Assembly (NCBI RefSeq): GCF_004010195.1
Contig: NC_057757.1
Span: 1,180,033-1,244,032 of the forward strand
DNA length: 64,000 bases
DNA from: Chiloscyllium plagiosum
Taxonomy: Eukaryota
Direction of reading: 5' to 3'
Numbering within the stretch: the first letter of the stretch is position 1; every line of letters starts with the position of its first letter. Positions 62,461 to 64,000 of the stretch are shown here, in pieces. The notes beneath the pieces are model-generated. The model was not told where the DNA came from. It searched no databases and saw only the letters and a program-made list of their open reading frames with translations. Position numbers and translations under genes: made by a program.

Positions 62461-64000
62461 GGTGTGTGTGTTCAGGCTTCTGTACCTTCTCCCCGATGGT
62501 AGAGGTTGTAGAAAAACATTGCCAGGGTGGGATGGATCTTTGAGAATGCTGGCGGCCTTTCCTTGACAGTGGGCCTGGTAGATGGATTCTATAGATGGGA
62601 GGTTGGCCTTTGTGATTGTCCGGGCCGAGTTCACCGTTCTCTGTAACCGTCTCCGATCTCGAATGGTGCAGTTGCCATCCCAGGTAGTGATAGATCTAGA
62701 CCGAATGCTCTCTGCTGCACCCATAAAAATTGGCAAGGGTGTTTGCCGTCATGCCAAATTTCCTCAGCTGCCTGAGGAAGAAGAGACATTGTTGGGCCTT
62801 TGTAATCAGTGCGTTCACATGAGTCCAAGAAAGCTTGTTGTGGATGACCATTCCCAGGAGCTTGACACTCTCCACTCATTCCATCTTTGTGCTGTTAATG
62901 TGTAGGGGGGCATGAGTAACATCCAGCTAAAAGTCAATAATGAGTTCCTTGATTTTGCCAGCATTGAGAGTTAGGTTGTTCTCAGTGCACCATTTTTCCA
63001 GGTCTTCCACTTCCGGCTATAGTCCGTTTCGTCACCATTTGAGATTTGACCTATTATGGTAGTGTCATCAGCGAACTAGTAAATGGCATTAGTCTGGTAT
63101 TTGGCGATGCGGTTGGGGTATACAGTGAGTACAGTAGGGGGCTGAATACGCACTCTTGGGGGGGGCTCCAGTGTTGAGTGTTGGTGAGGATGAAATATTG
63201 TCCCCAATCTTCACTGACTGTGGCCTATGGGTCAGGTAACTGAGGATCCAGTTGCAGAGAGTGGGGCTTAGTCCGAGATCACTAAGTTTAGTAATCTGTC
63301 TCGAGGGGACAATAGTGTTGAAGGCTGAACTGTAGTCAATGAGTAGGATTCTTATGTAGCTGGGTGTCAAGATGTTCTAGGGAGGAGAGAAGGGCCAGTG
63401 ATTATGGCATCTGATTTGGATCTTTTGGTCCAATAGGCAAATTGGAGTGGGTCAATTGCAGTTGATTAATGCCATGACTGGCCTTTCAAAGTACTTCATG
63501 ACCATGGAAGTTAGGGCCACTGGGCGGTAGTCATTGAGACATGCTGCATGAGCCTTCTTAGGCCCAGGGATGATGTTGGCCCCCTTAAAACAGGTAGGTC
63601 GTTGATGAAGCAGCTGAAGAAGGTTGGGCCCAGAATGCTTATCTGAGGATCTCTTACAGATTCCTCTGGAAACTGAGATGACTGATCTCCAACAATCACT
63701 ATCCTCTTCCTTTGTTTTAGGTATGACTCCATCCAGAGTTTCACCCTGATTCACATTGACTCTCTAGTTTTGTTAGGCCTCCAGATTGCCATACCCTGGT
63801 CAAAAGTTGTCTTGATGTCAAAGCAGTTACTGTCATATCACTTCTGGAGTTCAGCTGTTTAGTCTGTTTGAATCAAAGCTGTAATAAGAGTATGTGCTGA
63901 ATGGCCCTGGTGGAACCATAATGAGCACCTAAGAGGAAGTTGTTACTGAGCAAGTGCTGCTTGATAGCAATGTTAATTATCCTTTCCATCCCTTCACAGT

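Larger units (their letters stand above)
62050..63597 (-). mobile_element. Rex1/Babar LINE, 5'-truncated
   Basis: [57 protein letters not shown]. Confidence 0.9.
61670..64000 (-). mobile_element. CR1/L2-group LINE (same family as 23560), split by a Rex1/Babar insertion
   Basis: [31 protein letters not shown] on one side, GMFADDC on the other. Confidence 0.8.

Overview
Repeat-dense vertebrate DNA, almost certainly from a shark (inferred from HE1/V-SINEs, SacSINE1-like DeuSINEs and HER1-like CR1 LINEs). One intact protein-coding gene can be reconstructed by hand: a 9-exon zona pellucida ZP3-like gene on the + strand (CDS 50983-57124, 443 aa, with signal peptide, ZP-N/ZP-C, EHP and TM segment). 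Most of the rest is nested transposon debris: CR1 LINEs (one near full length, with an 80-bp monomer array in its 5' UTR), a Rex1/Babar LINE, a decayed Gypsy element with a related solo LTR, SINEs, a TA-flanked MITE and minisatellites. The most distinctive signal is a dense set (about 20 copies, 4 sequence families) of Penelope-like terminal-repeat insertions. They carry minimal type-I hammerhead ribozyme motifs, are often folded back as hairpins and often have 10-15 bp TSDs; one has captured nearby genomic sequence in its loop. Weaker signals suggest two unidentified or decayed spliced loci diverging from a CpG-richer island near 32.1-32.8 kb. TE family names come from recall of motifs and consensus sequences, not from database searches, and TE boundaries are approximate.
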